Origin: Orbicella franksi
Lineage: Eukaryota
Assembly: GCA_964199315.1 (NCBI GenBank)
Contig: OZ116711.1
Span: 22,940,001-23,004,000 of the forward strand
DNA: 64,000 nucleotides
Reading direction: 5' to 3'
Positions 34,301-46,700 of this stretch are shown here, piece by piece. A program made the translations under genes and the position numbers. The notes under the pieces were generated by a model, which saw nothing but the letters and a program-made list of their open reading frames with translations, was not told the DNA's origin and searched no databases. How positions within the stretch are numbered: position 1 is the stretch's first letter; each line of letters starts with the position of its first letter.

Positions 34301-37300
34301 CTTGGAATGATGTTACAGGCAGCTCTTCAACTTACCCTCTCCTCTGCTCTTCTTTTCCAAGCTTCTTCAGCATCAAAATTAGAACGCTTCTCCTGTTTAC
34401 GAATAAACAAATGTGGCATGGTCATAAAGTCTAAAAACAAATCATCACAACTTAAACAGCAATGATATAAAATTTATACACTTAACTGAAGGGTGCCAAA
34501 TCTTATTCTCATTCCCCCAGCGACTAAAATTGATTCACAGTAATAAGAAATGAGAAATAAAATAAGAGATCCATATAACATTAATTACACTTACTGGATC
34601 ACTCAGAATGTCAAAGGCATTTGCAAGAGTCTTGAAAGCTTCATCCGCTTGAGGATGAGTGTTCTACAGAGAAAAAAAGCAGAGATAATGAAGAACTATA
34701 GAACAGCACAAAATAAACAATGCCTTGACTCAGGCTAGGAATGAAGTCTTTCCTTTAATCCCAGGAGCCATACAGTGCAACAGTGCAAGCTTGAAGTTGT
34801 AACCAGGTTTTGCCACAGGAATGCATAATATTTATCATTATTACACCAGTTTTCGACATTTGTCTTGGCAATTAACAAGTTAAATCAGCTTAACATAGTA
34901 CCTTGTCTGGATGGATCAAGACAGCAAGCTTCCTGTACTGCTTTCTTATGTCATCATCTGTCGCATCTCTTGGCACTCCAAGAACACTGCAAGAACAATG
35001 AAACACATTGAAAGGCAGACCTTACTACATGCGTTTTGAGCCAAAAGCATGTTTCAGGCAGTAAACAGACAGTCGAAAGCTTGTGTTTTTATATACATTG
35101 TACTTTTAGCCAGAGAACGCTTTTGTATTTTACCATAAATGTAAATGTAAATTGGTAAATGTAATCTTACTTTTGTTTTTTTTTGTTCACGATTTAATGA
35201 CTTTGATACTGTGGCATACAGTACTAACCTGTAGGGATCGTTGTCTTTGTTTTGAAGCATATGCAAAACTGCTGCATCTCCTGATTTCAATGAAAAACAT
35301 ACAGGTAATCAACTTTTTTAACGACAACTGTACTATGATCATGCAACAATACTTTGATTCTGCCCATTTAGCATCCTCAGAGACCCAGTTTGCTAGTCAG
35401 GAGACACGATATTTTCAGGCCACACAATATTTTCGGGCAAAAGTACTTGAATGCTTCTGTAACTGGTTAAGTAAGAGTACAATGTAACTACTGGTACCCA
35501 GGGGCTCTCCCGCTCGAAAATATTGCACTGCCCAAAAATATCATTTCGTACCAACTAGCTGCCCCTGGGTCTCCAAGGATGCCCATTTACTGTACAATGA
35601 AGGAAAAAAATCAAATAACAAATTACCATTCTTCGGCAGATCATAGGTTTGACCTTCACCAGACACCTTTCTTCTTTCTCTTCTCTTTTTGACCCACTCA
35701 TTCACAGCTGATAATTTGTTTTTAACATAAGTCAGCCATCTGTCAATTGCAACATAGTGCAGCACCTTCTTGCAGCACCAGCACAAAGCAAACCAAACAC
35801 TTGATAGGAGTAAAACAAGCACTTGTAAGTACGCATTTATCAAAACTTACTAAACAGTAATTAAAACTCATATAGCGCAATTTTCCATGATCAAATGCGC
35901 TTTACAATAATTATTAGAAAAAATGATTAAAAATAAATAAAATATACAACTAATTAAGACTGATAATATCACATGGTGAACAATAGCAAATTATAACAAA
36001 TTAGAAGCCTGTTTAAAAAGACATGCTAAAAACTTGAAAAAGAGTCAAAACTGGATATGCTACTCGGTAGATTGTTCCAAAGCTTCGGGGCTGCATAAAA
36101 GAATGCTCTTCCTCCAAAAGTATTCATGACTTCTCACTGTAAGTATTTGTATTCATGACCTCTCGCAGTAAGTATTTGTATTCATGACTTCTCGCTGTAA
36201 GTATTTGTATTCATGACCTCTCACTGTAAGTATTTGTATTCATGACCTCTCACTGTAAGTATTTGTATTCCTGACTTCTCGCTGTAAGTATTTGTATTCA
36301 TGACCTCTCACTGTAAGTATTTGTATTCATGACTTCTCGCTGTAAGTATTTGTATTCACAACTTCTTGCTGTAAGTATTTGTATTCATGACCTCTCACTG
36401 TAAGTATTTGTATTCATGACCTCTTGCTGTAAGTATTTGTATTCATGACCTCTCACTGTAAGTATTTGTATTCATGACCTCTCACTGTAAGTATTTGTAT
36501 TCATGACCTCTCACTGGTATTTTAATCACCGCATGAAGTAAAAGGCCTCATCCACACTACAACGGAGGTTTTATTTCTACAGTTAGGCCTTCCGTCCACA
36601 CTAGTTCGTCATGAAAACTGAGCATTTCAAAATTGCTTCTTAACCTGGAGGAATTTGACAACGCCTGCTTTTCAGTTTATTGTGGGCAGGAAACATTTTA
36701 AAAACAGAGCTTTTCGAAAAAGATGGCATCACAATAATCATATGATTTCCCTGGTCGAGTTTTCCTCAAAAACGAATCCAAAATAACCAGTGATTGTTGC
36801 ATTTTTAAATTCCTCCAGCATAGTGTGGTTGGAAACATTTGATGCATTTTCAGAATGAAACCTCTGTTTTCAAATTCCTCCAGCAGCGTGGACAGGGCCT
36901 AAGGTTTCTTGTTTTTAAAAGTGTTTTTCTCTTCTCAAAGAATAAACTGTTTGCCATTTTGTTTGTTAGCTAGTTGGTTTATTGATTTCAACCAAACACA
37001 GTTGAAAACAAACTTAAGTAACTTCCCAAAACAACATTACTTACCAGTAAATGAAAAAGCCACAGAGCAAAACCAGAAGAACCAGTACATAGTAAATGAC
37101 GGACTTGAAAGCTTGACCACATTTGCTCAACACTGATACACCTGCCGAACACCACATATTATTAATGTTGTTAGTAAATAAATCCGTTGCTAAGCCTATG
37201 CCAAACAGATTCACAAGTAGGGTTACAAGAGTGGTCGCTGTATACAAAAATTTGAGCCCATTACACTGTATAAACAGTTCGGTGATTTTCATAGTACACA

Positions 37301-39225
37301 GTTTATTTTAACAACAATTTACTAAGCCAGATCATACATGTATGTTCTAAAAAGCAAATTGTCAAACAATACCTGTGCAGTAGAGGCTATAAAATAGCTT
37401 AGTGAAATCAAGCTCTGCTTGAGCAGTTCCCTCAGCCCTCTGTTTATGACTTGGTTTCTCTTTTGCATCTGATGCTGGCATTGTTCTGGTAGTACCTTCA
37501 TCTTTCACTCTATCACTGACTCTTGATTTAATACCAACCTTAGGTTTTGCTTGTCTGTGTGAATCAACTCCGCTTGATGTTCCATCTTTTGAAGTCTTTA
37601 CATGTTCAGTCTTAACTGAAGCTTGAGGTTTCCTTCTGACTTTTTCATCAACTCTTGATTTTGACTTGAAACTTGTCTGTTGAAATCTTTCCTTGCCAAA
37701 TGACTTCTTGCCTTTTTTCACACTTTCTTCATTAAATGAGCTTTTTGCTGTCTCAGGGTCAACAGAAGTACTCATCTCATTGTTCACCTTGTGACTTAAA
37801 TGTTCCTTGGGATTCTGGTTGCCATTATGCACACAACTGTTTGTACTACACTCTCTATCTTCTGTAACATTCTGTTCTGATCTCACTTTCGGCAGTTCCT
37901 TAGCTGTGTTGGAAGAAACATTAGAATCATGACAATTATGTTTGGTGGTAGGATCTGGATATAACTCTGCAGAACTCTTTTTTGATTTCTCTTTCTCTGT
38001 TCCGATATCTGTCTTCCTACTCTTAACCTTTCCATTGCCAAAGTAATTTTGAAGATTTTGATAAAATTCTTGTTGAGATGATGAAAGAGATGGCTTTGGT
38101 GATTGTTCTTCAGAAAATCCTTTATTCTGTTTGTTACAAGTACAGTGAGGATTGCTTGGGCTTGAAACACAAGCACCATTCACAAAATGAACCCTGGTCT
38201 TTGAGGGAACACGAGGGAGATTGCTTCCTTCCTTTGTGTGCCCACACTTTGAACAGACTTTACTGTTGTCCTTAGAGGAAAGTTTGTCAGAACTTGACTG
38301 ATCTGTCTTCAGGTGATCCCTGCGCTTAACATCACCAGTTTCATCTAGTTCAATCGAACTATCAGAATATTGATGAGTTGTGGGTATGTTCTGATGCAAA
38401 ATGTCTGACCTAGTAAAAGGTACTTCTTCTCTTAACCCACTTTGCAATAAATCATAGTATTTTGCCCAGTCATCTATTGCAGATTCGCGTGCCATGCACA
38501 ACTCATCAATGAATCTTGTTTCTAGATTTTCATCTTGATTATCACTGTAGGTGTAAACTCCTTCAGGATATTCACCATTTTTATAACCAAAATGATCAGC
38601 TGAAACATCAACACGGTCATCAAGGTCATGGTCAGAGAAGCTGCCATTGTCATGCACAGCCTCTTGTGAACTAATGGGCGTTTTGACTGTTGAACAAAAT
38701 GAGCCGTCAGCTTCTTCCAGTACTTGGAGTTTAGGACTTTGACTCTCAGTGCAATTATCATTTATTGGTGGGAGGTCTATCTCACTTAAACCATCTATTG
38801 GGCTGCTATCAGGTTTTCTCTTCTTGTAACTGCTATTCACAAAGGATGTCCAAGGATGTTCAATGGTAGCTTGTTCACTAGGATCGCTATAGTAACTAGA
38901 GGAAACAGCTGGAGACCATGGAGTTTTAACACCTGGATTCTCTTCCACTTCTGCTTTTTTTACATTCCATTCATTGGAGGAATTCTTCTTTTTTTCATTA
39001 CCAATGCCAGACTTTGCTCGAGTAATACTGGCGTAGCTTAATCCTTGTTTGTCTTTCTGTAGATGACGTGAGTAACATTCTGCATTCATCTGAAAGAGAG
39101 CCAGTGTTTCCTTGTAGATTTCAGCTTGTGGATTGAGCTGGATGGCCTGTAGTGTATCAAAAGGAAGTACAGTGTAGAATAAATCTTTATGAACCCAGAT
39201 ATGCTACAGCTTCAACAGGTCATTA

Positions 39226-39261
<36 letters not shown>

Positions 39262-40450
39262 AATAATACATGTAATAATAAACATGTCACAGTTACAAAC
39301 CTTTTCCAATAACTTGATGGCTTCTGGGATCTTGCAGCAATCCACCAAAAGAAGAGCCTGCTCGTAAAACTTTGCAGCTCTATCACTGTGTATAGAAAAA
39401 CATACAATCTCATCAAGACCATTGTAACAATTAAGCGACAAGAGAATGAATGCTGGTACAGGATCTGTCAGAACATTTTCATATACATGTAGATGATGAC
39501 AAATTGTAATGAGAGGCATTAGTGCTTCATGACATCCAGTATATGAACTTTGATGTTTGACAGTTCTGGCAAGTTACTAAGTTCTGTAAATATTGGGCCT
39601 TGTGAGTGTGTGATAGTTGCTGCAGTGTGCAAAGGTCTTTGTGTGGAGTTGAACAGAATAAAAGAGGCCAAAGTTTAAAGTCTACAAATTTCAAGTCAGT
39701 ATTCTTGCAAAAAAAATTGAACCCCTCAATTGCAAACTTCAAAGTTTCCCACAACAAAAAAAGCTAGGGGGTCAAATCTATCCCTGAAGGGATGCAGATG
39801 AAAAAATGAGAACATCCCAGACCCCATTGTACATGCAAAATTTTGAACATACAGTCACTGGGTCTTTGTTGATTGAATAAAAGTTACAAAAGCCCAGCTT
39901 TTTAAACCCAAGAGGATTAACCTTCCTCAGCAAATTATAGTTTATGTTATTTCCTGTATTTCGTTTTCTCTAAAGATTCCCATAGATCCATGCACACTCA
40001 AGCTCGGACTAACACGCAAATGAAACAAAAACAATTTCTACCATCAGGAAGATGAACAGGAAAGAATGCTTTAAGACTAGCAACAACACACTGACAAATG
40101 AACAAAGCAGAAAAATGTGGTGATCTCAAGGATTACTAAGCTTACTTATCGCAACCAAAGTTTCGTCATGGATAAAGTTACCTAAATTATGTCGTGTCTA
40201 TTCAGTTTAAGTATTGGTTGACCTTAAAAATAGTGCTGTCAGTCGGTGAACTAAACTAGAAGAGGTTCTGAAAACAAGTTCCACTGTCAGGAAAACGTAA
40301 TCAAGGAAAAACAACAAAATAGAAGGACATTTCAAATCAAAATCAAAATAGCGAACTCTCTAAATAAATCACAACTGCCACCTCGAAACAAGCACAACAT
40401 GACCTCCGTTACCTTCCTCCACCGATTGGAAGCCTTCCAGCAGTATCCAT
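31385..40450 (-). CDS. DNAJC14: DnaJ homolog subfamily C member 14 (DRIP78/Jiv), ~976 aa
   Basis: Minus-strand exons (phase-consistent): 40450-40413, 39385-39301, 39146-37373, 37141-37045, 35799-35627, 35280-35229, 34986-34902, 34663-34595, 34392-34336, 34216-34151, 33478-33359, 32576-32475, 32059-31968, 31505-31385 (sum 2931 nt). There is a hydrophobic TM region, a J-domain ([32 protein letters not shown]...[18 protein letters not shown]), a Jiv90 domain ([11 protein letters not shown]...[25 protein letters not shown]...[18 protein letters not shown]) and a basic tail KRRRKKKH*. The assignment of exon 1 is less certain. Confidence 0.93.
31636..31950. mobile_element. MITE copy B (left-truncated), same family as 19694-20049, opposite orientation
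   Basis: Shares ccgtccacactaatccg, aatccaaaatgaccggtgattgttgcgtttt and ggcgtagtgtggacgg with copies A and C. Confidence 0.8.
35856..36120 (-). mobile_element. 3' end of an L2/CR1-group LINE
   Basis: The minus strand translates [31 protein letters not shown], the typical L2 ORF2 C-terminus (GxRAFxxAAPxLWNxLP). It is followed by tgtaaagcgc...gcgctata, the characteristic L2 3'-UTR stem-loop. Confidence 0.8.
36120..36516. repeat. Minisatellite, 29-bp unit (TATTCATGACCTCTCACTGTAAGTATTTG), ~13.6 copies
   Basis: Exact 29-bp periodicity from 36121 to 36498, with a few recurring variant units. Confidence 0.97.
36544..36899. mobile_element. MITE copy C, same family as 19694-20049
   Basis: Termini ggcctcatccacact / agcgtggacagggcc followed by taa. 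The interior is homologous to copy B. Confidence 0.8.
39226..39261. repeat. (CAT)n microsatellite in a DNAJC14 intron
   Basis: About 12 perfect CAT units. This explains the spurious poly-I and poly-M ORFs in the track. Confidence 0.95.
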
Positions 40451-40725
40451 AATCTGCTAATGCAATCCTTTGGACTACCTCACTTCGCAGAAACAAAGGA
40501 TGCTTTCATTTTCGAGTGAAAAAGTCAAAAATCGAAATCCTTTCCAGACATACCTTACGCGAAAGAATGGTCGGTCGACCACACGAAACGGAGGCGAAAA
40601 TATCCGTGACGTATATGCACAGCGGACTTGTCCATTTGGCGGGAAACATATTACCAGTTCTCCGCGGTCAAGTTCAGAAACGAGGCTATCCCTAGTCTCC
40701 TGGTCAGACGACACGTGTATTCAAC
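40451..40725. promoter_or_regulatory. Bidirectional promoter between DNAJC14 (-) and PRKCSH (+)
   Basis: The divergent ATGs are only 275 bp apart and the interval is CpG-rich. Motifs: GTGACGTA (40606), TTGGCGGGAAA E2F-like (40636), GACACGTGT E-box (40710), caacATGGCGG start context. Confidence 0.75.
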
Positions 40726-43700
40726 ATGGCGGCCTTTCAGTGCATGTCTCGTGTAAAATATTTTTCTTTAGTTTTTCTTCTGCTTCGTCTTTTTAGCTCA
40801 TATGTTGCTTCCGCGTCAAGCATTAGGGGAGTTGCAGTTACTAGTAAGTAATTCTCTTCTCATTACATTTTTTTCCGTTAAATTTGTGCGTTCAATCTTT
40901 GGTGCGTCAATATCGAAAATGGAGAGGAATTTTCAGACGTCACCGGGCATTTTAATAATTTTACATAGATACTTAATTTACATTGTTTACCGTAATTTTT
41001 GACGGGATTTGTTTTGCTTATGAAATGACATGAATAACTGGGATCTTTCAAGTATCGAATTGTTCAATTTTAGATCTGTTAGAGATAATCTTGATCTAAC
41101 AGAAACATGCAGACACATGTAGCTGTGCATTATAAAGCTCAGCTTAGATTTCTTGCAGATTACCCGGTCACTTTACAAACACTTCACCTGCATGTATTAA
41201 ATCCTCAGCTCAGTTAAATTAGCATTAGACCCAGAAATCCCTATCAAAAGGGTCAGGGATCTTTGCTGTATCGCAAAGGGTTCTAATGATTGCAGATTAT
41301 GTCACCAGTTAGAGTGTTCGGGGTGCTATACCATCATTTTCAGCTGTCAAGTTGTCATTAAGGGTAGTATGCAAAGAAAGAAAATTGGCCCAGACCAATC
41401 AGGCATGAATAATTTTGTTGTAAAAAATTGCCCACTACAGACAAACATCTTCACTACTTTCATGATCACCTGGGAGTGTCACTCTCCTGCTACCCCTGGT
41501 GCAGTTACATGTATTTTAACACTGTGATGTAAAAGTTCCTCGGGGGGGGGGGGGGGGGTGGGGTTAGGGAGGCATGAATTTTTTTTTCTCACTTTCAGGT
41601 TGTGCATGGTTCTTCGGTGGGCAATAGCTTGTGCAAGAAATTTTTTAAAATAATACACAGGACCTTGATAGTAGAAATCACGTGCTCAATTTTTTTCCCC
41701 ATGGCTCCCCTTGCACATTTTTTTCCTCAGTAGTTTTTACTGTGAAGGAATTTTTATTTGGAAATTGCTTTAATCCCTGCTCTCCCAAAAAAATATCAAA
41801 CATATGACCAGGGGTAATCCTAGAAAAAAATACCAACAGATTTGAAGTTATATAATAATGTAATGAAAATATATAATAATGATTGGTCCCTTACAGCTAT
41901 AAAAATCTGATGTCTTTTTGGCATCTTTTTTTTTAAAATGATGAGTTCCCTTGATCAGGCCAGTCTATCTCAGAAACTTAGAAGTGGAGTGTTTACTGCA
42001 TGACTTTAAGGTATAAGGTACTACCCTTACCATAAATTAGGGGAGTAGTCCTTGCAACTAGTCCCCTACGGAGTTTATATGAAGGGACTGGTCGCAAGGA
42101 CTTGTCCCACAAACAGTTAACACAAAGTGTTTTGAAGATCAAGTCGTAGGGACTTGTCCCAAAAATTCAAACCAGTTTGAATTCGTGGGACTAGTCAAAG
42201 GGACCAAAATTTTAGTCCCGCGACCGGATTTTGTGGCAAAAATGGGTAGCTCACATGATGGAACCTGTCCCCACAACTTGTTGCAAGGACTAGTTGCAGG
42301 GAGTAGTACCCTTGTGTGTGCCGACCTTTACTTACGTACACATCTGAGATATTAATGAGAGCGAGTAGCTGAATAGTTATGATCATTCACAGCCTAATAA
42401 CATTTTTGTTTTGCTTTTGCAGTGTTACCATTCTATGATCCTGCTAAAGACTTCACTTGTTTAGATGGCTCCCTCTCTGTTCCTTTTAGTAGCGTAAATG
42501 ATGATTATTGTGATTGCGCTGATGGTACTGATGAACCAGGTACTGTGTTTGAAATTAACCACTAATCAACAACTTTTTTTAACTCTTTATATTATAGAAT
42601 CATATAAACCTAGTAAATGAAAATGAGGGATAATCAAATTTGATTTATTTTTTGATTAAAGCCACAAAATGGTATACTTAAAACACTTTTAAGTACTCTC
42701 AATATTGACATTTCTTGTTGATAGTCCTTTTCACAGTTGCTTTTCTTATTTTCTTACTTATCGTAAAGATCAATGTGGATGGGAGGCAATTTCAGGCAGA
42801 AACTATAGAATTGCCCAAAATTGCCTGATGTTCATGTTATTAAGATACAAGTAAGAAAAAATAACCATGAAATGAGATGTTTGAATTTAGCACTGTTTCT
42901 GGTAGTCTGTACAAATGAGCTTGTAATAGGAAGTGGGGAAGATGTCCAATAATAGGGGACTTCAGATTTGAATATAAGTATGAGATCGAGTACAAGAACA
43001 ACTTTCAGTATTCTAGTTTGTGCAGACTCCATATTGTTATGTCACATACATTACCCATCTCCACATAAAACCAGCATGAAGGGCTAAGGCTCTGAAAACA
43101 TCACTGGTTTGAAATTTGAAAACTGTATTTATGCTCTTATCTTGGCTCGTAGTCCAATATAAAGGTGCCTAATTTAAACCACAAACATGTGCTAGTATTA
43201 ATAACAGTACATTGTGCTAACAACTTTTTTTCAGGAACATCAGCCTGCTCTGATGGAAAGTATCATTGTACAAATGCTGGTTTTAGACCTTTGAATATTC
43301 CCTCTTCTAGAGTCAATGATGGTATATGTGGTATGTACATAATATGTTTTTTTCTTGATATCTAAATGTATGTAGTGTATTTGTGCAGTTAACATTTCCC
43401 ACTTTCTCTTCATTTAGTTACAAACTTGCATAATTTCCATTGTTGATATTTGAGGGATATAGTGAGGATATAATCAACGCGAAAAATGTGGATTCACGAC
43501 TGGCCCTTTGATTTAACACACAAAAAAAACAGACTCAAAATATCTCTGTCAAATTCTTACCCTCGGCCCACCCCCACCCCCCCTCCACTCTAACATATTC
43601 AAAAAAAAAACTCTGCACACCGATAAGAAAAATATTTGAGTTAATTGTTATTATTATATTATTATTATTATTATTATTAATTTTACAACGTTCATTCAAC

Positions 43701-46700
43701 TGCACAGAAAATGCTTGCCTGCTCACTTTGAAGCCAATTAGTTAATTCCTTTTTCACTTGAGCTGTGTCTACAGTTGCTTGTGTATGTACATTGTATTAG
43801 TTCTAGTGAGAGAGTGGATATTCAAAACAACATTTTGTTGCGATGTAGATTGCTGTGATGGTAGTGATGAGTATGACAGTGCAGCCAACTGTCCCAACAC
43901 ATGCAAGTAAGAGTAAAAAATCTCATTGATTCTCTCTTGTTGAGTTAAAGATTACTTTACTGGTTTTACTTTTATTGTGTGACGTTAAACGGTCCTTTCT
44001 CTGTGAATCGCACTCAGTTTGCCAAAAATGATTGTTCACTTGAGCCGAGAAGAGAAAGGAGAGCAATATGCCTGTTACCAATTCATTCAGTGTGAAACAT
44101 ATTACCTGAGTGAAAGTTTGCATGGCAACAACAAATTACATGTAGCTGAAATAGTTTTCATGTACATGTATATTGAAAATTATTGTTAAAAAATTATGGC
44201 TATTGAGATTGGTAGGAGGAGAGCAGAGAGAATAATATACCGGAACAAAAACATAATCTAAAATCTGTCTGTCTTTCTGTGTCTGTCTGTGTGAATGTCT
44301 GTCTGTATGTCTGTCTGTGTGTCTGTCAGATTGTTCATTAGGTTGGACTGTCTGTCTGTCTGTCTGTCTGAATCTGTCTGTCTGAAATCTGTCTGTCTTT
44401 CTGTGGCTGTCTGTGTGAATGTCTGTCTGTCTGTATGTCTGTCTGTGTGTCTGTCAGATTGTTCATTAGGTTGGACTGTCTGTCTGTCTGAAATCTATCT
44501 GTCTGTCTGAAATCTGTCTGTCTGTCTGAAATCTGTCTGTCTGTCTGTGTCTGTCTGTGTGAATGTCTGTCTGTATGTCTGTCTGTGTGTCTGTCAGATT
44601 GTTCATTAGGTTGGACAGACTAACAAATAAATTATTGGGTTCTAATTTATATACAATTGTTCACAGGTATATAATGTGCATGGTTAACGATATTTTTATG
44701 ATGCATGTTTCAGGGAACTTTATAAGGAGCTGTACCAAAAACAGAGAGAGGAGGCTGAGGTGGAAAAACAGGTAAGCAAGTCTAGCCTCTTAAGCGACCA
44801 ATCCAGGCTCCTTCATCAGTATGGTCATTATAAACAAGTTCTGTCAAATCATTGGTTGCCAATGTCAGTATTTCCTCTTTTTAAGGGTGCTGCCATAAAG
44901 CAAGATTATAGCCGACAAGGTCAGGAGAAAAAAGAAGAAAGGAAGGTAAGTCTGTACGAGATGCAATATTTTGACAGATTTATGGTATTGTTTTAATGTT
45001 TCTGCTTTTGTTTGTTAAGTTGACTAAGATGTTGCATATCATTTATTTAGCAAAAGCTTGAAGAATTGAAGAAACAGTTGGAAGAAAAGAAAGCTGTTGT
45101 GGAAAACTTGAAAGGTATCAAAGTTTATGATATCACACTTAAAATCATTTGCAAAGCCTATCACAGATGTCACTATATATCCTTGACTAAACATTAAAGA
45201 TGATTTCCAGTCTGTACTGCGCAGCCTCAGAACCAAAATGTTTATGAGTCTCACTCAATGGAATGGGAATGGAGGTTATTCATTACACACCACATACCTT
45301 ATCTTTGAGGCATTTTAGATTCTCTGTCCAACAGTGTCTTTAATTTTTACTGCTACGGAGCTGTTTCATCCAGTGATATCAGAAAGAGCGAAGCATAAAG
45401 CTTTGTCTCCATAATGATGGTTGACATGAAACTTTCAATTTACGTCATGTAAGTGGTTACAAAATGTTACATTTTATGACATCTTACTTGAATCGAAACA
45501 AAAAAGGTAAACAGTGCAGAGAGAGTGCACAGTAGGGACTGGAAATCATCTTTGAGGTATGCTTGAATGTTTCTTCCCACAGCTAAAAAAGAGGATGTTG
45601 AAGCAATTGAAAAAGAAGCCAAGGACAAACATGAAAAGGAATGGGAAGGTAAGAAATAGTTGAACATGGCATTCATGATATCAAGATCATGATTAATTTG
45701 GAGAACACTAAAACTTCAAAGGGATCATGCAATCAGTTTTGGGTTCTAAAATCTCTTGCTTTGGTCTCAAACGACATTGAAAAATTAGAATTACTGTACT
45801 TGGAACACTTCCTAATTGTCCATACTTGTAGATACCTGTACATGTAGTTATTAGTCAGAGTTTGGGATCATATGATGATATGTCTGAACGTTTAAGCAAT
45901 GTTAATGATAATTTTCCTTTTTGTGTTCATGTACAGAAACTAAAGCCAAACTTTTGGCAGAAAGGGACAGAGCATCGGCAGAGACGGCATTCAAAGCTCT
46001 AGATACTGACGAAAATGGACGGTAACAAACAAGAACATTGTTTTATTTTTGTGTTCTTCATGTCTACTTACTCTGCCCTGTCTTATCCACCTGTTTCTTT
46101 AGTGGTTTCAAAACTCCACTTCTTACATGTTTTTTTGTTTATTCCAAACTACAGCACATTTAGTGATCTTACTGACTTTGACTTGTCATTGGATAGCTTG
46201 TGTTTTTTTTTTTTTGTTTTTTTTTTTTCCTACAACTAGAACAACTTTGCATTTGCATTATTTGCATTATTCTGGTCTACTGCAGCACTTTCTCAAATCC
46301 TTGTTTAATGGAATTTAACTTGACTTATTTCCCTGCAGTGTTACATTACAAGAAATTGTTGATACTGAACTTTTGGACAAGAAGTACAATGAAGATGAAG
46401 CTAGGGTTAGTACAAATCATTTACAGAATGCTTAACGTACATCTGTAAGAGTCTGTTACCCCTCCCCCTAGATCAGCCTATGATTTACTACGTGTAGCTT
46501 TTTTCCCCAGAGGGAGGACTCCCATATAAAAAGGACTTGGGGTGCTCGTCTCACCTTTTTGGGGTTAAAAATGTGATTTTGGTACCTCTTAGGGTGTTCA
46601 GCCTGAAAAGGTCCACAGCGGGAGCTTTTACAGTACCTTTTAGGGTATCGAGCTGAAAAAATATGACAGGAGATAATGTGTTGTTTTAGAATTGGTACCT

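Noticed and set aside
36120-36516. Regular short repeat resembling a CRISPR array (also the 106-bp array at 18.6-19.3 kb)
   Set aside because: The units are head-to-tail with no unique spacers, there are no cas genes, and the context is a eukaryotic intron.
40146-40181. 36-nt possible poison exon in DNAJC14 intron 1
   Set aside because: Splice-like flanks are present and inclusion would create an immediate stop, but such matches are common by chance and there is no further support.
41541-41572. G-rich tract as a G-quadruplex regulatory element (similar runs at ~7625, ~10615, ~49700)
   Set aside because: These are mostly homopolymer runs at repeat-element ends with unreliable length and no independent evidence of function.
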